Notes: generated by a model not told the origin, from the sequence alone. DNA of 64,000 bases from an uncultured Acidobacteriaceae bacterium (GCA_964237325.1 CAXSHS010000003.1:280-64279); one strand, 5' to 3'. Shown: positions 27,572 through 38,800, counted from the stretch's first letter. Made by a program: numbers and translations.

Positions 27572-28360
27572 CTACTGAGGTGCGCCTTGTTGCTCCTGAA
27601 TATGGCGTAGCCTTTGGAGGCTCTGCTGTACTCGAGTAGTGTTGTCCCCTGAATTTTCAGGACCCTCAGCCTCACTGGGCGGAACATGGGCGATAGCACC
27701 GGGGCCGAGCGGCATGTTTGCGGCTTCTGCCTGCTGTGCCAAGCTGTGGTTAGCTGGAATGTAGACTTCCTCATTCTCTGACACAGCACTCTGTCTCATA
27801 TCACCCGATAAGATAGGGGTTTGCGGTGTGCCGCCTGTAAAAGCTGACATCCCACTGTTGCGCACATTTAGGATCAACTCGCGTGGGAGCCCTTCAGTAG
27901 TAACGCCAGCAATCACGAAATCATAGGAGGAGGCGGTGAGAAGTTGCGCGAGTACATCGTTGGGCGGTCCAGGTCCATACACGCCGAAGATGTGGCCCAT
28001 GGAAGCGGTTCCCTTTACCGTCATGCCGGTGAGGGCGGACATGCTTTCTAAGATTTGAGCCAGCTCCGAGTCGTTTGCCTGGATTGTTAATTTGCCTCTC
28101 TGCAGGCTGATCAAAGCTGGTTGCACCTCCTGGGCGGCCACCGAGACTCTCATTCTTCGGCGTCCGGAAAGCGAAACACGCGGGCGTAGCTTGTGTGCAG
28201 CACCTTCCGTAGGGCCCATCACCAAGCTATGTATCTCTTGTAGAGTGTGGGGTGGCGCTGGGATCGTCGAAATAGAGGATTGCGCATTGACGGCCATTGA
28301 GACAGCGCATGCAATCCATATAATCCACAAGTTGCGACCCATTCCGTCTGCTTTCGCCAT
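27572..28360 (-). CDS. Exported protein with a secretin/TonB N-terminal (STN/N0)-like domain
   Basis: Signal peptide; KLTIQANDSELAQILESMSALTGM...IFGVYGPGPPNDVLAQLL; low-complexity C-terminus; RBS GAGG. Confidence 0.65.
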   Translation of the reverse strand: MAKADGMGRNLWIIWIACAVSMAVNAQSSISTIPAPPHTLQEIHSLVMGPTEGAAHKLRPRVSLSGRRRMRVSVAAQEVQPALISLQRGKLTIQANDSELAQILESMSALTGMTVKGTASMGHIFGVYGPGPPNDVLAQLLTASSYDFVIAGVTTEGLPRELILNVRNSGMSAFTGGTPQTPILSGDMRQSAVSENEEVYIPANHSLAQQAEAANMPLGPGAIAHVPPSEAEGPENSGDNTTRVQQSLQRLRHIQEQQGAPQ

Positions 28361-28517
28361 TTTCCTCTACTCTCATGAATACGGTAACAAAGTGCCGCTT
28401 AAACATGGCGGCTTTCTGACGAAAGTAATGGCGTTACTTCGCGAACGACTTCGATCGTCCCCAGTTGTACTAGACTGACAATGCCCGGAGCAGTGGCATC
28501 CTCTTCGGCGTTACATT

Positions 28518-29531
28518 ATGGACATCCGCCTCTCTAAACTCGCTCATTCCTTCATGCTTACAGCTCTGCTGCTTAGCTTTTCTTCGAACGCACGAGCAGT
28601 CTCCTGCACTGTCAGCGCAGGTATGAGCGCAAGTGATCGCGCATCCCTCCAGGCTGAGGCAGCAAGTTTAGGCGTTGCAGCGGCCCGCGGCGACGCCCCT
28701 GCTTTGCAGATGGGGGCCACACCCTCGCTCTCAGCAAACTTCGCCGGCGTGTCCTCAGTCATAGAGGGGCTGGCACCGCTTGTAAAAGGTTCCGCAATCA
28801 CCGTCGAAAACCTGTACGCGCTCCATGCGGGCGATTTGCAAGCCGCGGGAGGCGATGCTCAATTCTTTTGCAGCCAATCCGCATCGCCGCTGCTTGTAAT
28901 TGTGACGCTGGGACAGCTGCCTCCCGGTGAATATGCACTTGCCATCGTGCATGCTACCGGAGTTGCGGCACCCCAGCAGATGGCTCTTATCTTGCAAAAC
29001 GCAGCGAATAGTAAGTCTCCGGCGCAATGGCAGCTGGCAGGGTTCTCTGTTCGGCCGCTTACCCTGGCGGGGCATTCGGAGTTATGGTTTTGGCAGCAGG
29101 CACGAGCGGCGAGAAAAGCCGGTGGCGGACTGAGCGCCTATCTGGACTACGAAACAGCCTTGGACTTGGCTCGTCCAGCCGATTTCTACACCAGCAACAA
29201 CCTGGATAAGCTCAATCGCGAATTGTCTGATGTAAAACCGAAGGAGTTGTCTGAGGGCGACGGCCTATCCCTGACTGGACCAGGTGGCGGGAATTTCTCA
29301 GTAACCGGCGTGCACATCGACACAGGCCTGGGTGCAATGGATGTGCACGTGGATGCAAACGTCCCTACCCTGGGCGACCCGGTAGCCTCACGTACATCGG
29401 CACTGTCTCTTATGGCAGCCCTGCTGGCCAAATATCCAGATCTACGCCAGTTCCATGGATTGTGGGTTTTTGAGAAAGCAGCGGACGGCCAGACCTACGC
29501 CATTGAACAGCCTATCTCTGCATTGCAATAG
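28518..29531 (+). CDS. Exported hypothetical protein
   Basis: 337-aa ORF with signal peptide (ARA-VSC); no recognised motif. Confidence 0.75.
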   Translation: MDIRLSKLAHSFMLTALLLSFSSNARAVSCTVSAGMSASDRASLQAEAASLGVAAARGDAPALQMGATPSLSANFAGVSSVIEGLAPLVKGSAITVENLYALHAGDLQAAGGDAQFFCSQSASPLLVIVTLGQLPPGEYALAIVHATGVAAPQQMALILQNAANSKSPAQWQLAGFSVRPLTLAGHSELWFWQQARAARKAGGGLSAYLDYETALDLARPADFYTSNNLDKLNRELSDVKPKELSEGDGLSLTGPGGGNFSVTGVHIDTGLGAMDVHVDANVPTLGDPVASRTSALSLMAALLAKYPDLRQFHGLWVFEKAADGQTYAIEQPISALQ

Positions 29532-29745
29532 ATTGCTCTTATTGTACTAAGCTCATACAGCTTGCTGTACCCGATAAGTTGTAGGTGCAGGTACGACTTT
29601 AGCGGGAATTTTTCAAATGCCGGCTCAAATTAAGTCAAATCTGACCCTCTCGGCCAAAACAAGAAAATGTTCAGATGCCATCGGGTATGTTGGCATGACT
29701 TTCGTAAACGCCTTCCCAGCAATTTGAACGCGTAACATTCCGAGT

Positions 29746-30303
29746 ATGACCTGGGAAGTGCACGAAGGCGGCAAACAAATAGATGCATCTGGCCAACAAC
29801 TCCGCGTGGGGTCTTGGCTCCCTCAAACTAACACCTGCGAGATGTGCTCACACTACTCATCCCAACTTATGCAGTGTGCCGCAGATGCAGTAAAGCAGGC
29901 AACACTGAAGCCGGATGATCAGATCTGGTTTATGGTCTTTAGTGCCTTGCAAGAGATGCTGATGCATCGCACAAGCTGTTTGGCAAGCCACGCAGCACAG
30001 GTTAGCAGCACTCCTTCGAGGGAACAGCTGCTGACTCGACCCCAAGCTCCTGCCGCCGGCATGGTTCCTCAGAAAACAAATTTGAAAACGCACGTGTCCA
30101 CTCAGAAAAACACATCGGAGAACCGTTCAGGCGTTGCTATTGCAAAGAACAACGTAGCAACAGCACCGAGTACACCCTTCTGGCGTGGAACGGCTTTTTC
30201 CTGGTTTGGCTTGCGAGCATCTCCGCACCCCGGCAGCATTGGCAATCATCCCGCCGTGCAAGCTGGAAAGCGCGTGCTACCGCCTGGAGCGGGCCTGCGA
30301 TAG
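29746..30303 (+). CDS. Hypothetical protein
   Basis: 185-aa ORF with CxxC...HxxxC. No family recognised; could be non-coding. Confidence 0.35.
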   Translation: MTWEVHEGGKQIDASGQQLRVGSWLPQTNTCEMCSHYSSQLMQCAADAVKQATLKPDDQIWFMVFSALQEMLMHRTSCLASHAAQVSSTPSREQLLTRPQAPAAGMVPQKTNLKTHVSTQKNTSENRSGVAIAKNNVATAPSTPFWRGTAFSWFGLRASPHPGSIGNHPAVQAGKRVLPPGAGLR

Positions 30304-30749
30304 CTCCTGATACACGACAAATCTGCATTCTTATGGATGGGTACAAGTGTGCTTAATTATCATCCATATTGAAAATGCAATACACAATTTATTTTTAATG
30401 CTGTGTAACACAGAAGTGGAGCCATCCAGGAATTCTCTTATGTCTGAATACCACCAACCATTTGCAGATGCATTTCTATCATAACTTTCTAATATAACTT
30501 CTTTTATTGTTGAGGCGGACTGATACAGTACTTCGGTGCAGAAATCCCTTCTTTGTATTATTGTCGGTCGCATGTAAGACGGTTATTGTCGTGAGTAAGA
30601 GAAGCAGATGCAGTGGCGAAACTGTTCATGCTATGCTCCTCGACCGACTGTTGCCGGATAGCAGCGGGCAATAATAATTCCTTTATCTATAGTGCGGTGA
30701 AACGCAGCAGGTGCCTACCTGCGCGATGACCGGAGAACAAGGTGAACTT

Positions 30750-32051
30750 ATGAAACACTGCATTTTTGTTTTACTTCTAGCATGTCTTCCTGCAGCGGCT
30801 CCAGCTTTTGCAGCCGTCAACGTTTCTTCTCCCTTAAATAGCACCACTGTAAGTACGAGCGCTCAATATATAGCTTCTGCCACTACTTCCTGCAAACAAG
30901 GCGTTGCAGCCATGGGCGTCTATGTGGACGACCAGCTTCAGTATGTTGGGGGGGGCGCAACCCTTAACAAGAACCTGCAGCTTCCAATAGGCAGCCACAC
31001 AACGTACATCCAAGCATGGGATAACTGCGGCGGCACTACCGGCAGTACCGTAAACGTCACAGCAACAAACCAGAGCGGTGTTTATGTGGCCCTACCTACT
31101 GCAAATAGCAGCGTCGGCAGCAGTGTCAATTTTGTGGCATCCGCCACGACAAGCTGCGCTCAGGGCGTGGCAGCGATGGGAATCTACATCAATAATCAGC
31201 TTGCAGCTGTAACCAAGGGCACTACGTTGAACCGTCAGCTGACTCTCAATCCGGGAGTGCAGCAAGCTGTGGTGCAATCCTGGGATAACTGCGGTAATTC
31301 TTATAAACAGCCAGTCGACCTCATGGTCCAGAACCAGCTCAAAAGCCCTATCGCGAATACTTTCAAAAATATACAAGCAGTTGAGAACTGGAACCAGTGG
31401 GGTGAATTGGCTCCCGTCTACGATATTTGCGATCCTTGCGCGGGTATCAACTGGAACATGACCCAGAATGTCAGCTCCACTTCACTGAGCGGCCATGCGA
31501 CTCGTTTCGATATAGGAGGAAGTGCGCCCTATGGAGATGTTTTATGGTCGAATAAGCTCATTGGTCAAGCAACTACAGAAAACCTTCCTGACACAGACCG
31601 AAGCATTCTACCCAACGTGCGTAACCTTCAATACGATGCGGACATATTTGTTACCAACACTGCTGTGACACAAGATCTCGAATTCGATGTAAATATATTC
31701 ATGGATGGCATTGGAATGGAGTGGGGAACGGAGTGTAACAATCTTGATGGCAGCGACTGGGATGTGTGGGACAACGTAAATGTTCGCTGGGTATCGACCG
31801 GTGCTCCGTGCAATCTGATGAATAACGCCTGGAACCACGTCACTATTGTCGTACAGCGGCTCTCAGACAATTCCCTCCTATATAAAACAATCACTCTCAA
31901 TGGTGTAACAGCAGTCATCAATCGAACCTATCCTCCCTTTTCCGTACCTCAAAGCTGGTATGGCATGACAGTGAATTACCAGATGGATGGAGATTATAAG
32001 CTGTCACCAAACGTCACATACTTAGATAACCTGTCTGTGTCGTACTGGTAA
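30750..32051 (+). CDS. Secreted protein: two Ig-like repeats plus a beta-sandwich domain (paralogue 2)
   Basis: Start ATG 30750 (MKHCIFVLLL...AFA). Colinear with 3299-4594, sharing WNQWGE, DVLWSNKLIGQ, VTQDLEFDVN and WYGMTVNYQMDG. Confidence 0.8.
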   Translation: MKHCIFVLLLACLPAAAPAFAAVNVSSPLNSTTVSTSAQYIASATTSCKQGVAAMGVYVDDQLQYVGGGATLNKNLQLPIGSHTTYIQAWDNCGGTTGSTVNVTATNQSGVYVALPTANSSVGSSVNFVASATTSCAQGVAAMGIYINNQLAAVTKGTTLNRQLTLNPGVQQAVVQSWDNCGNSYKQPVDLMVQNQLKSPIANTFKNIQAVENWNQWGELAPVYDICDPCAGINWNMTQNVSSTSLSGHATRFDIGGSAPYGDVLWSNKLIGQATTENLPDTDRSILPNVRNLQYDADIFVTNTAVTQDLEFDVNIFMDGIGMEWGTECNNLDGSDWDVWDNVNVRWVSTGAPCNLMNNAWNHVTIVVQRLSDNSLLYKTITLNGVTAVINRTYPPFSVPQSWYGMTVNYQMDGDYKLSPNVTYLDNLSVSYW

Positions 32052-32124
32052 ACACATTGAATTGCTGAACTGATGTCTGGATTGAACATTCCGTATGTCG
32101 ATAAGACGATATGCCACCAGCCTC

Positions 32125-32154
32125 CGGAAGCTCCGAAAATCACCGGGGCTTCCG
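32125..32154. terminator. Hairpin between convergent genes
   Basis: CGGAAGCTCCG-N8-CGGGGCTTCCG, an 11-bp stem with one G-U pair. Confidence 0.4.
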
Positions 32155-32195
32155 ATACTCACAGGGTTCGTGGTTTTGCGGGCTGTGCGTTCTGC

Positions 32196-33866
32196 TCATA
32201 TCGTCTGGGCGGTCGCGGCTGCCAGCGTTGTGTCTTTTGCGGCACGCGACCAGAAGATACGGATGTCGGTGACGTTGTGCAGGGCGAAGTTTGGCTGCGT
32301 CACGTTGTCTGGCCGCTGCACGGTGATGGCGAAGAAGTCGGCACGATGAACATCTTCCAGCCGGAAGGCCGGGCGAGGATCGGCGTTGGCAGCCGCTACC
32401 TCAACGTGCGACATTTCGATGTTCTTCAAATGGCGAAGGAAGAAGCCACTACAAGGCGTCGGACCGAAGCGCAGCAACTCCGGATAATCGGCCTCCATTT
32501 CAGGCACCTGGATCGTATGCCAGTCGGGCATGGGCTTGGACTCATCTCCCCAGCCGACACGCATATCTTTCGGCAAGCCTTGATGTCCGAAGAAGCAGTT
32601 GCTCACTTTAACATCTTCAATGAGGTTCGACGATATGCCCGAAAGGATTGACGATGTCGACGAAGCCGAATTGTAGCTGACAAGATTCGAGATCAGCACA
32701 CGACGCAGCGTTCCGGGGCGCATCGTCTCTTTGGGCCCGCGATTGCGGCGGTTCAGGCTAAGAAAGAGCGGTGCGTCAAAGGTATCGCGCAAAGTGATGT
32801 TTGAGATGGCGATGTCTTCGACCAGAGCGCCGTCTGAAGTCTCAAGCGAGATGCCCTTGGAGCCCTCGCAGATGCAGTTCGTAATAACGATATTACGAAA
32901 GCCGCCGTTCGATTCGGTGCCGCATTTAATGCGACCGTTGCGGGAGTCGCGCCCGGTATCGACAAACTTCTTCCAGGTGCCATTGATGATAGTGCCGAGT
33001 TCGTAGGTGCCAGTCACATAACAATCAGAAATAGTTACATTGTCTGTGGAACGCACGTAGCCGAGCGCGTAGCTGGACTTCGGGCAGATCGCGTCGTCCC
33101 ATGGCGAGTTGACCGTGCATTTGGAGACACGCACATTTCGGCAGCAATCGATGTCAAAGCCGTCGCGGTCCGTGTCGATGAGCAGGTTGTCCAGCGTGAG
33201 ATTGTCGACGCCGGTGGCAAGCAGCGCGAAGTGGCCGCCTTTGAGAACTGAGAAATCGCGCAGAAGCACATTATGGCAGTTCTTTAGAGCGATTGCCTTG
33301 TTGCCGACTCCGGCCTGCTCGGCTGCAAACGCCGGATAGTCACCGCGTTTTCCGCTGGTGCCGTGGGAGAGGCCCTTGCCGTGAATCAAGCCGGGGCCGA
33401 GGATCGAGAAATCACTGATGTTTTCGCCGTAAAAGAGCGAGTTGGGCCAGTGATTATGACCGTAATCCTGATACTGCTCCCATGGTTGCGGAGGGCCGGC
33501 TGGATCGTAGGTGCCACCGTTGTAGCCGGTTGCCTCGCCGGGTTTGGGCGAGTCGGCTGCCAGGATTGTGCAGCCGCCTGAAAGGTAAAGATCGACATGG
33601 CTGCGCAAGCGAATGGTGAAGCAGAGATAGGTTCCGGCCGGGAACAGCAGCGTTCCACCACCGGCGGCGGCAACGGCTTCAATGGCCTTGTTAATCGCGG
33701 GTGTATCGACGGTTTTGCCGTCGCCCGTAGCACCGTAGCTGCGGACGTTGAAGAGCCCCGTGCTACAGGGACCAGGCACGGGCGCGTCGGTTTGTGCGAG
33801 AGCGGCATGGCCGATACTGGAGGCGAGTGCGAGAGGCGAGAGCTTGATGAGGTCGCGGCGTTGCAT
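32196..33866 (-). CDS. GH28 polygalacturonase/rhamnogalacturonase-like beta-helix protein, Tat-exported
   Basis: MQRRDLIK Tat signal; FNVRSYGATGDGKTVDT; DRDGFD, WDDAICPKS, GRIKCGTES. Confidence 0.87.
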   Translation of the reverse strand: MQRRDLIKLSPLALASSIGHAALAQTDAPVPGPCSTGLFNVRSYGATGDGKTVDTPAINKAIEAVAAAGGGTLLFPAGTYLCFTIRLRSHVDLYLSGGCTILAADSPKPGEATGYNGGTYDPAGPPQPWEQYQDYGHNHWPNSLFYGENISDFSILGPGLIHGKGLSHGTSGKRGDYPAFAAEQAGVGNKAIALKNCHNVLLRDFSVLKGGHFALLATGVDNLTLDNLLIDTDRDGFDIDCCRNVRVSKCTVNSPWDDAICPKSSYALGYVRSTDNVTISDCYVTGTYELGTIINGTWKKFVDTGRDSRNGRIKCGTESNGGFRNIVITNCICEGSKGISLETSDGALVEDIAISNITLRDTFDAPLFLSLNRRNRGPKETMRPGTLRRVLISNLVSYNSASSTSSILSGISSNLIEDVKVSNCFFGHQGLPKDMRVGWGDESKPMPDWHTIQVPEMEADYPELLRFGPTPCSGFFLRHLKNIEMSHVEVAAANADPRPAFRLEDVHRADFFAITVQRPDNVTQPNFALHNVTDIRIFWSRAAKDTTLAAATAQTI

Positions 33867-34038
33867 AGATCACCTTTACTGCTAACTATGGCCTTAATAG
33901 CCTATTTCAAATTTGGGTAGTTGAATCCAATTCGATTCAACACGGCAGTGCCTCTCAAGCCATTCACGCAATAGAACCGCTGATCGCAGGTGTGTGTAAG
34001 ATATTCCTTTTAAGACTGGCAGCCGCTCGCTGTAGCTT

Positions 34039-35736
34039 CTACACGGGAAAGGCTGTGACGCCATTAGCACCGCACCAGTCATATTGGCGTGTCGTCTGCA
34101 CTGGACGCTCAAACTTCCATCGATTCGGCGTTGTCCCTTGCAGCGGATCGGTCGGATAGCCGTAGGCGTTTTGCGAGACAATGGCCATGGCATCCCGCAT
34201 CGCAGATTTTATTTCCGGAGTGATTGAACTCGGGTCGGGCGATAGAAACAGCGATGTGCCGCTTCTGGATACGACATCCATCCACTGGCTTGTTTCCCGC
34301 CAGCCGATATCCCGTGTAAGGGCAACACAGTCTGGGTCGATGTGGAAGAACGTGCGGTGCTGGGCGATACGCTGCGCTAATCCATTGACACCGAACCGCC
34401 TGGTTCGTTCCCAGTCATGCCCGCTTGTATCGTCCGCGATACGCTGCGATTCGAAAATACCGGCGGCAATGTGCCCGACTGTGTTGCAGCCTAAAATGAC
34501 TGTCTGCTCTCCCGCTGCCCGTCGAATTGCAAGATACAGGTCTCGAACGATCTCGGCGTTGGTGCGGGAGCGATCGTTGAAGCTCCAGCCGGGGCGTGCA
34601 GGCCCGGTCGTCATCTCTGAACCCCACTGACCGAAAAGTTCTACAGTCGAGAAATCGTGCTTGATGAACTCATACCCCCAGTGCACCGGGATGCGGACAG
34701 TTTCAAGGATCTGCTCAAGTGCTTCGGGGATGGTGGGATCGAGCGCCGGCAACGCACCGGTGGACTTACCCAATCGAGCTTGCGGTAAAAGCAATTTAGG
34801 CGGAGCAGCCTGGGAAGCGCGCAACGGTCGAATCCATATACCTGGGCGCAGATGCCGTTCGCGAATGCCGCTCGCGAGGTGTGGCATGCTTGGAAAGCGA
34901 ACCGCATCCTGGTATCCATCATCAATGACGATGTACGGTTTTACACTGCCCTGTGGAGCGAGCGATGCAATCAGGTCGGCATCCCGAAGAATCCCTGACG
35001 CTGTATTTTTCCCGTATGCGTAGTTCCAATCATTGCTACCGAACAGCGCGCCTTCCGGCAGCCGCGGCCATGGACACATGACGCAACAAAACTTCTGCGC
35101 AGCGTCAGCTATCGGTTCTCCCGGCGCGCCTTTTCTCGTCACCACCGTACACGCATGCAGTTGTCTTTGCCCGAGAGTTATAGGTCCTCCCCCGCTGCGC
35201 AGATCGATCGTGAGCGTAATTCCTTCGGAGTCCTGCTGCCAGAAGCAGAATGCCGAAGGCTGCGTTTTTACGCCATAACCATTCAGGATTTGCCCATCGA
35301 AGGTGACAAAATACCAGGGCATGACGCGATTCGGTATTGTCCCGCGCCATTCTAGGTCGCCGTAGGCTCTTTCCCACTGATCGCCAAGCGAGTAGGTCGA
35401 CTCGCTTGTCTTGCCCTCCCATCGAAGATGCAGGTACGTCGGCGTTGCGGTTTCGGCGGTGACCGTGATGGGCAGTTCCTGTTCCGCGGGTTCGACCGTT
35501 ACACGTACTCCGCCTCCGGTCCATTCCCGTCCGGAGTGCTGCATGGGTGTCAGTTCCCGTCCGCCGAACCGGGCTGTAATGAAGTCGGGACTGCGTAAAA
35601 CTTCAATCCCTGTCTGCTGCCGCAGCTTTACCGGTACGGTGCTCTGTGCCGTCGACGGGTGGAATGTAAGCATCGCCGCAGTTGCAGCCGAAGCTGATTT
35701 TAAAAAGGTTCTACGACTTGCAGAATTGGCTTTCAT
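34039..35736 (-). CDS. Alpha-galactosidase-like glycoside hydrolase (clan GH-D, GH36-like), Tat-exported
   Basis: SRRTFLK Tat signal; NDWNYAY, IDDGYQ, FIKHDF, QRIADDT, DPDCV. Confidence 0.75.
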   Translation of the reverse strand: MKANSASRRTFLKSASAATAAMLTFHPSTAQSTVPVKLRQQTGIEVLRSPDFITARFGGRELTPMQHSGREWTGGGVRVTVEPAEQELPITVTAETATPTYLHLRWEGKTSESTYSLGDQWERAYGDLEWRGTIPNRVMPWYFVTFDGQILNGYGVKTQPSAFCFWQQDSEGITLTIDLRSGGGPITLGQRQLHACTVVTRKGAPGEPIADAAQKFCCVMCPWPRLPEGALFGSNDWNYAYGKNTASGILRDADLIASLAPQGSVKPYIVIDDGYQDAVRFPSMPHLASGIRERHLRPGIWIRPLRASQAAPPKLLLPQARLGKSTGALPALDPTIPEALEQILETVRIPVHWGYEFIKHDFSTVELFGQWGSEMTTGPARPGWSFNDRSRTNAEIVRDLYLAIRRAAGEQTVILGCNTVGHIAAGIFESQRIADDTSGHDWERTRRFGVNGLAQRIAQHRTFFHIDPDCVALTRDIGWRETSQWMDVVSRSGTSLFLSPDPSSITPEIKSAMRDAMAIVSQNAYGYPTDPLQGTTPNRWKFERPVQTTRQYDWCGANGVTAFPV

Positions 35737-35848
35737 CCAGGTCTCGATATTAATTGTAGGAAGGCAGCTAGCTCCTGCCGTGCAGTTCTCGGAAGTTACA
35801 CCAAGTCAAGGCACTCTGCCTAATGGAAAGATGCCCTGACTCTATGAT

Positions 35849-38800
35849 TTAGAAGATATACTTCAGAGCAAATTGCACCACGCGCGCATCGGGACTTTCA
35901 CCGGAAGTACCGCCTCCGCCAAACCGTTCGCCGGTTATCTGCCCAAAACCGCCCCCGGTGGTGCCGCCGGGCTGTCCATAGGCAGGAGTGTTCCACAGGT
36001 TAAAAATATCCGCCCGGAACTGCACGTTTGTCTCCCGAATTACCGCGAAGCTTTTGAACGCCGAGAAATCTGTCCGGTTGTATCCCGGCCCATAAATCTG
36101 CTGGCGACCCGGTGGGCCATACGCAATGGTGGCTGCATTTGGAGCGTTTGCCAGGATCTGCCCTGGTCCCGCGACATTTGGCTGCCCTGTTGTTGGGTTA
36201 ACTGCCGCAATCACCTTGGGCGGGTTGACGAAGGCGCAAGGATTGAACCAGGTAGCGACGGTTCGCGTCTTTGTCGCGCACACCATATTCGTGCTCGTCG
36301 GCGTGCCGCCGGCTTTGAACGGGTCTGTGACTTTATACGGGTATGCGTTGCCGGTGCCCGCAGCATTGTTGTTTGCGAATATGTTTACCGGTTGGCCTGT
36401 CTGCACCCGGAATACAAGCGACGTTGCCCAGCCCCCGGCGACTTCGTTCACAATGCCGCCCTGGTTCAGATACTGCCTGCCTCTCCCGAAAGGCAATTCG
36501 TATTGAGCATTAAAGCTAAGACGCTGCCGGACATCGACGGCTGATCCGCCGTAGTCATAGCCGGGGCCCAGCAAGCGCTGGTTACGCACGCCATTCCCGA
36601 ACAGCAGCACATTCGCGTCGTCAAGCCCATGCGCATACGTGTAATCGCCCAGGAAGGAGAGCCCCTTTGTCAGCCGACGCTCAAGCGTTAACTGCAGTGA
36701 GTTGTAGTTGGAAGACGCCGCATAGGCAACCAGGCTACTGCCGCCAAACTGGTTATACGGTCGCAGTGTCTGCTCATTGACGCCTGCCGGTATCAGCTGA
36801 TCCGGGATATTGGGATCATAGCCCGTTTGCAGATGACGAGTGACCGAGCCCACGTAGGCCACAGTCGCCGTGGTTGAGTTGCTTACCAGTCGTTGCACGG
36901 TCAGGTTGAAGAGCTGGCTGTACGGCGTTTGCGTCTTGACCGGATAGCTCCGAAAGCCGGGCTGGTTCACAAAATTTGCCAAGCCCGCGGTTAATGCGGC
37001 GCTGAACCCGGTCTCAAGCGTCTGCCCGTTTGTAGGGCAAGCACCGGGCGCGCAGCCTGCGCTCGGAAAATTGCTATCGTACTGAAACGGGAAGTTTTGC
37101 GACAAGTTTGGGTAATATCCCACGCTCTCCAACCCACCATAAAAGATGCCGTAGCCTGTACGAAGTACGGTTTTGCTGTCCGGCTGGAAGACTATGCCTA
37201 CACGCGGCGAGAAGTTCAGAAATGCCGGATTCACCAGGAGGTTGTTATTCGTATACTGCACGGTCACATTGTTCGCGGCTAATGCTCCCAGGAACTTCGG
37301 CGTCAGGGTGCTGCTGTTCTGCACCTTGGCCGGAATGAGATACGTAGCCGTTCCACTCGCATAATCGGGTACGAAGTTAGCCTGGTGCCCGTCAAGTTCA
37401 TTGATCGGCTGGGTGTACTCATAGCGGATCCCTAAATTCAGCGTCAGGTTTTGGCGCGGTCTCCAGTTGTCTTGGGCGTAAGCTGCGCGATACCAGCGTT
37501 GGTCGTGCGAGGTGAACTCGTTGGCGATTGAGGTGGAATCAAGATTGTTCAGCAGCAGGTCAGCCCCGCCGAAGCCCGTGTTGTTTGTGTTGCTCGGGTC
37601 CTGTGAGAATTTTCCATCGAAGTTGAAGCTGCCCTTTGGGTCCACGGGCTGGTTGGTTTGCACCCGAATCCGTTCAAAATCCACGCCAAATCTAAGGGAG
37701 TGATTTCCAATCTGCTTTGAAACGTTATCGAGCAGCTGCGCCACGTTTTCGTACTCGCGTGTCGGTTCAAAGGCGGGAGATCCAACTCCCGAAAAGCCGC
37801 CTATATTGAGTGACGGCAGGCCGCCGTTTCCAGGGGTGAACGGAATCCCACCGATGCCGAACTGCGTCGAGAGATCCACACCTGCATTCTGTGGAACATA
37901 CGCCGCAGCGATCCAGTTATAGCCGATGCGAAACTCATTGATAAATGAGGGCGTAAAAATGTGTGTTTCGCTGAAGGTGAAGTTGCGACCTTCAACCACC
38001 GTCGAGCCGCTGCCGCCAAAGCCTGCGCCGTCCAGAACGCCCAGGGGAGCGGTCAGGCTTACCGGCTCATTCGAGTAGCTATACCGTGCAAATGTCTGGT
38101 CCTTGGGACTGATGTTCCAGTCCAGGCGCCCATCATATTGCGTAGTGTTGTCGCTGGCATTGCCCTGGAACGTGTAGTTGTTGATTGTGTTGCCCAGACC
38201 GCCGCGGTTGGGCAGCGGATATGCGTTCAGCAAACGCTGGCCGACCTGGTCTACCTGAGCCGGGCAGATTACATTCTGCTGACCGTTGCAGTTCAGGTAG
38301 TTGTTTGCGGTGATGTTGCCGTTCGCATCGCGCGTAGGGCCGCCCGGCTGGTACAGCGTAAGGGCCTGGCCGCGTCCATTCGCTGTAGCATTCAGCAGCT
38401 CGGTAAAGTCACCTGTTCGCATCAGCGGCGTCGGCACTGTGTACACCCCGGACTGCCCGAAGATGATGCGGTTAGCCTCGACATCGCCAAAAAAAAAGAG
38501 GTGATCTTTGAGGAGTGGTCCGCCGAGCGTCGCTCCAAATTGGTTCTGCCGGTACTTCGGCACTACCGTTTCAAAATAATCGCGTGAGTTCAGCACGTCA
38601 TTGCGAAAGTATTCCCAAAGATCCCCATGGAACTGATTCGAACCGCTCTTGGTGGCTACGTTCAACACCGCGCCGGCCGAGTGGCCAAGCTCCGCGGTGT
38701 AGTCACCCGTTTCTACTTTGAACTCCGCCAGCGCGTCCGGCGGCGGCTTGATCACAAAACTCGCGCCGTTTAAGAAGTCAACCAGGCTGGCATTGTTGTC

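Noticed and set aside
30948-30955. G8 tract in secreted paralogue 2 as a phase-variation switch
   Set aside because: Short, in frame and encodes Gly codons; no evidence of length variation from a single sequence.
38489-38497. A9 tract in the TBDR gene
   Set aside because: Encodes the conserved LFFFGD motif, also present in the second TBDR; the frame is intact.
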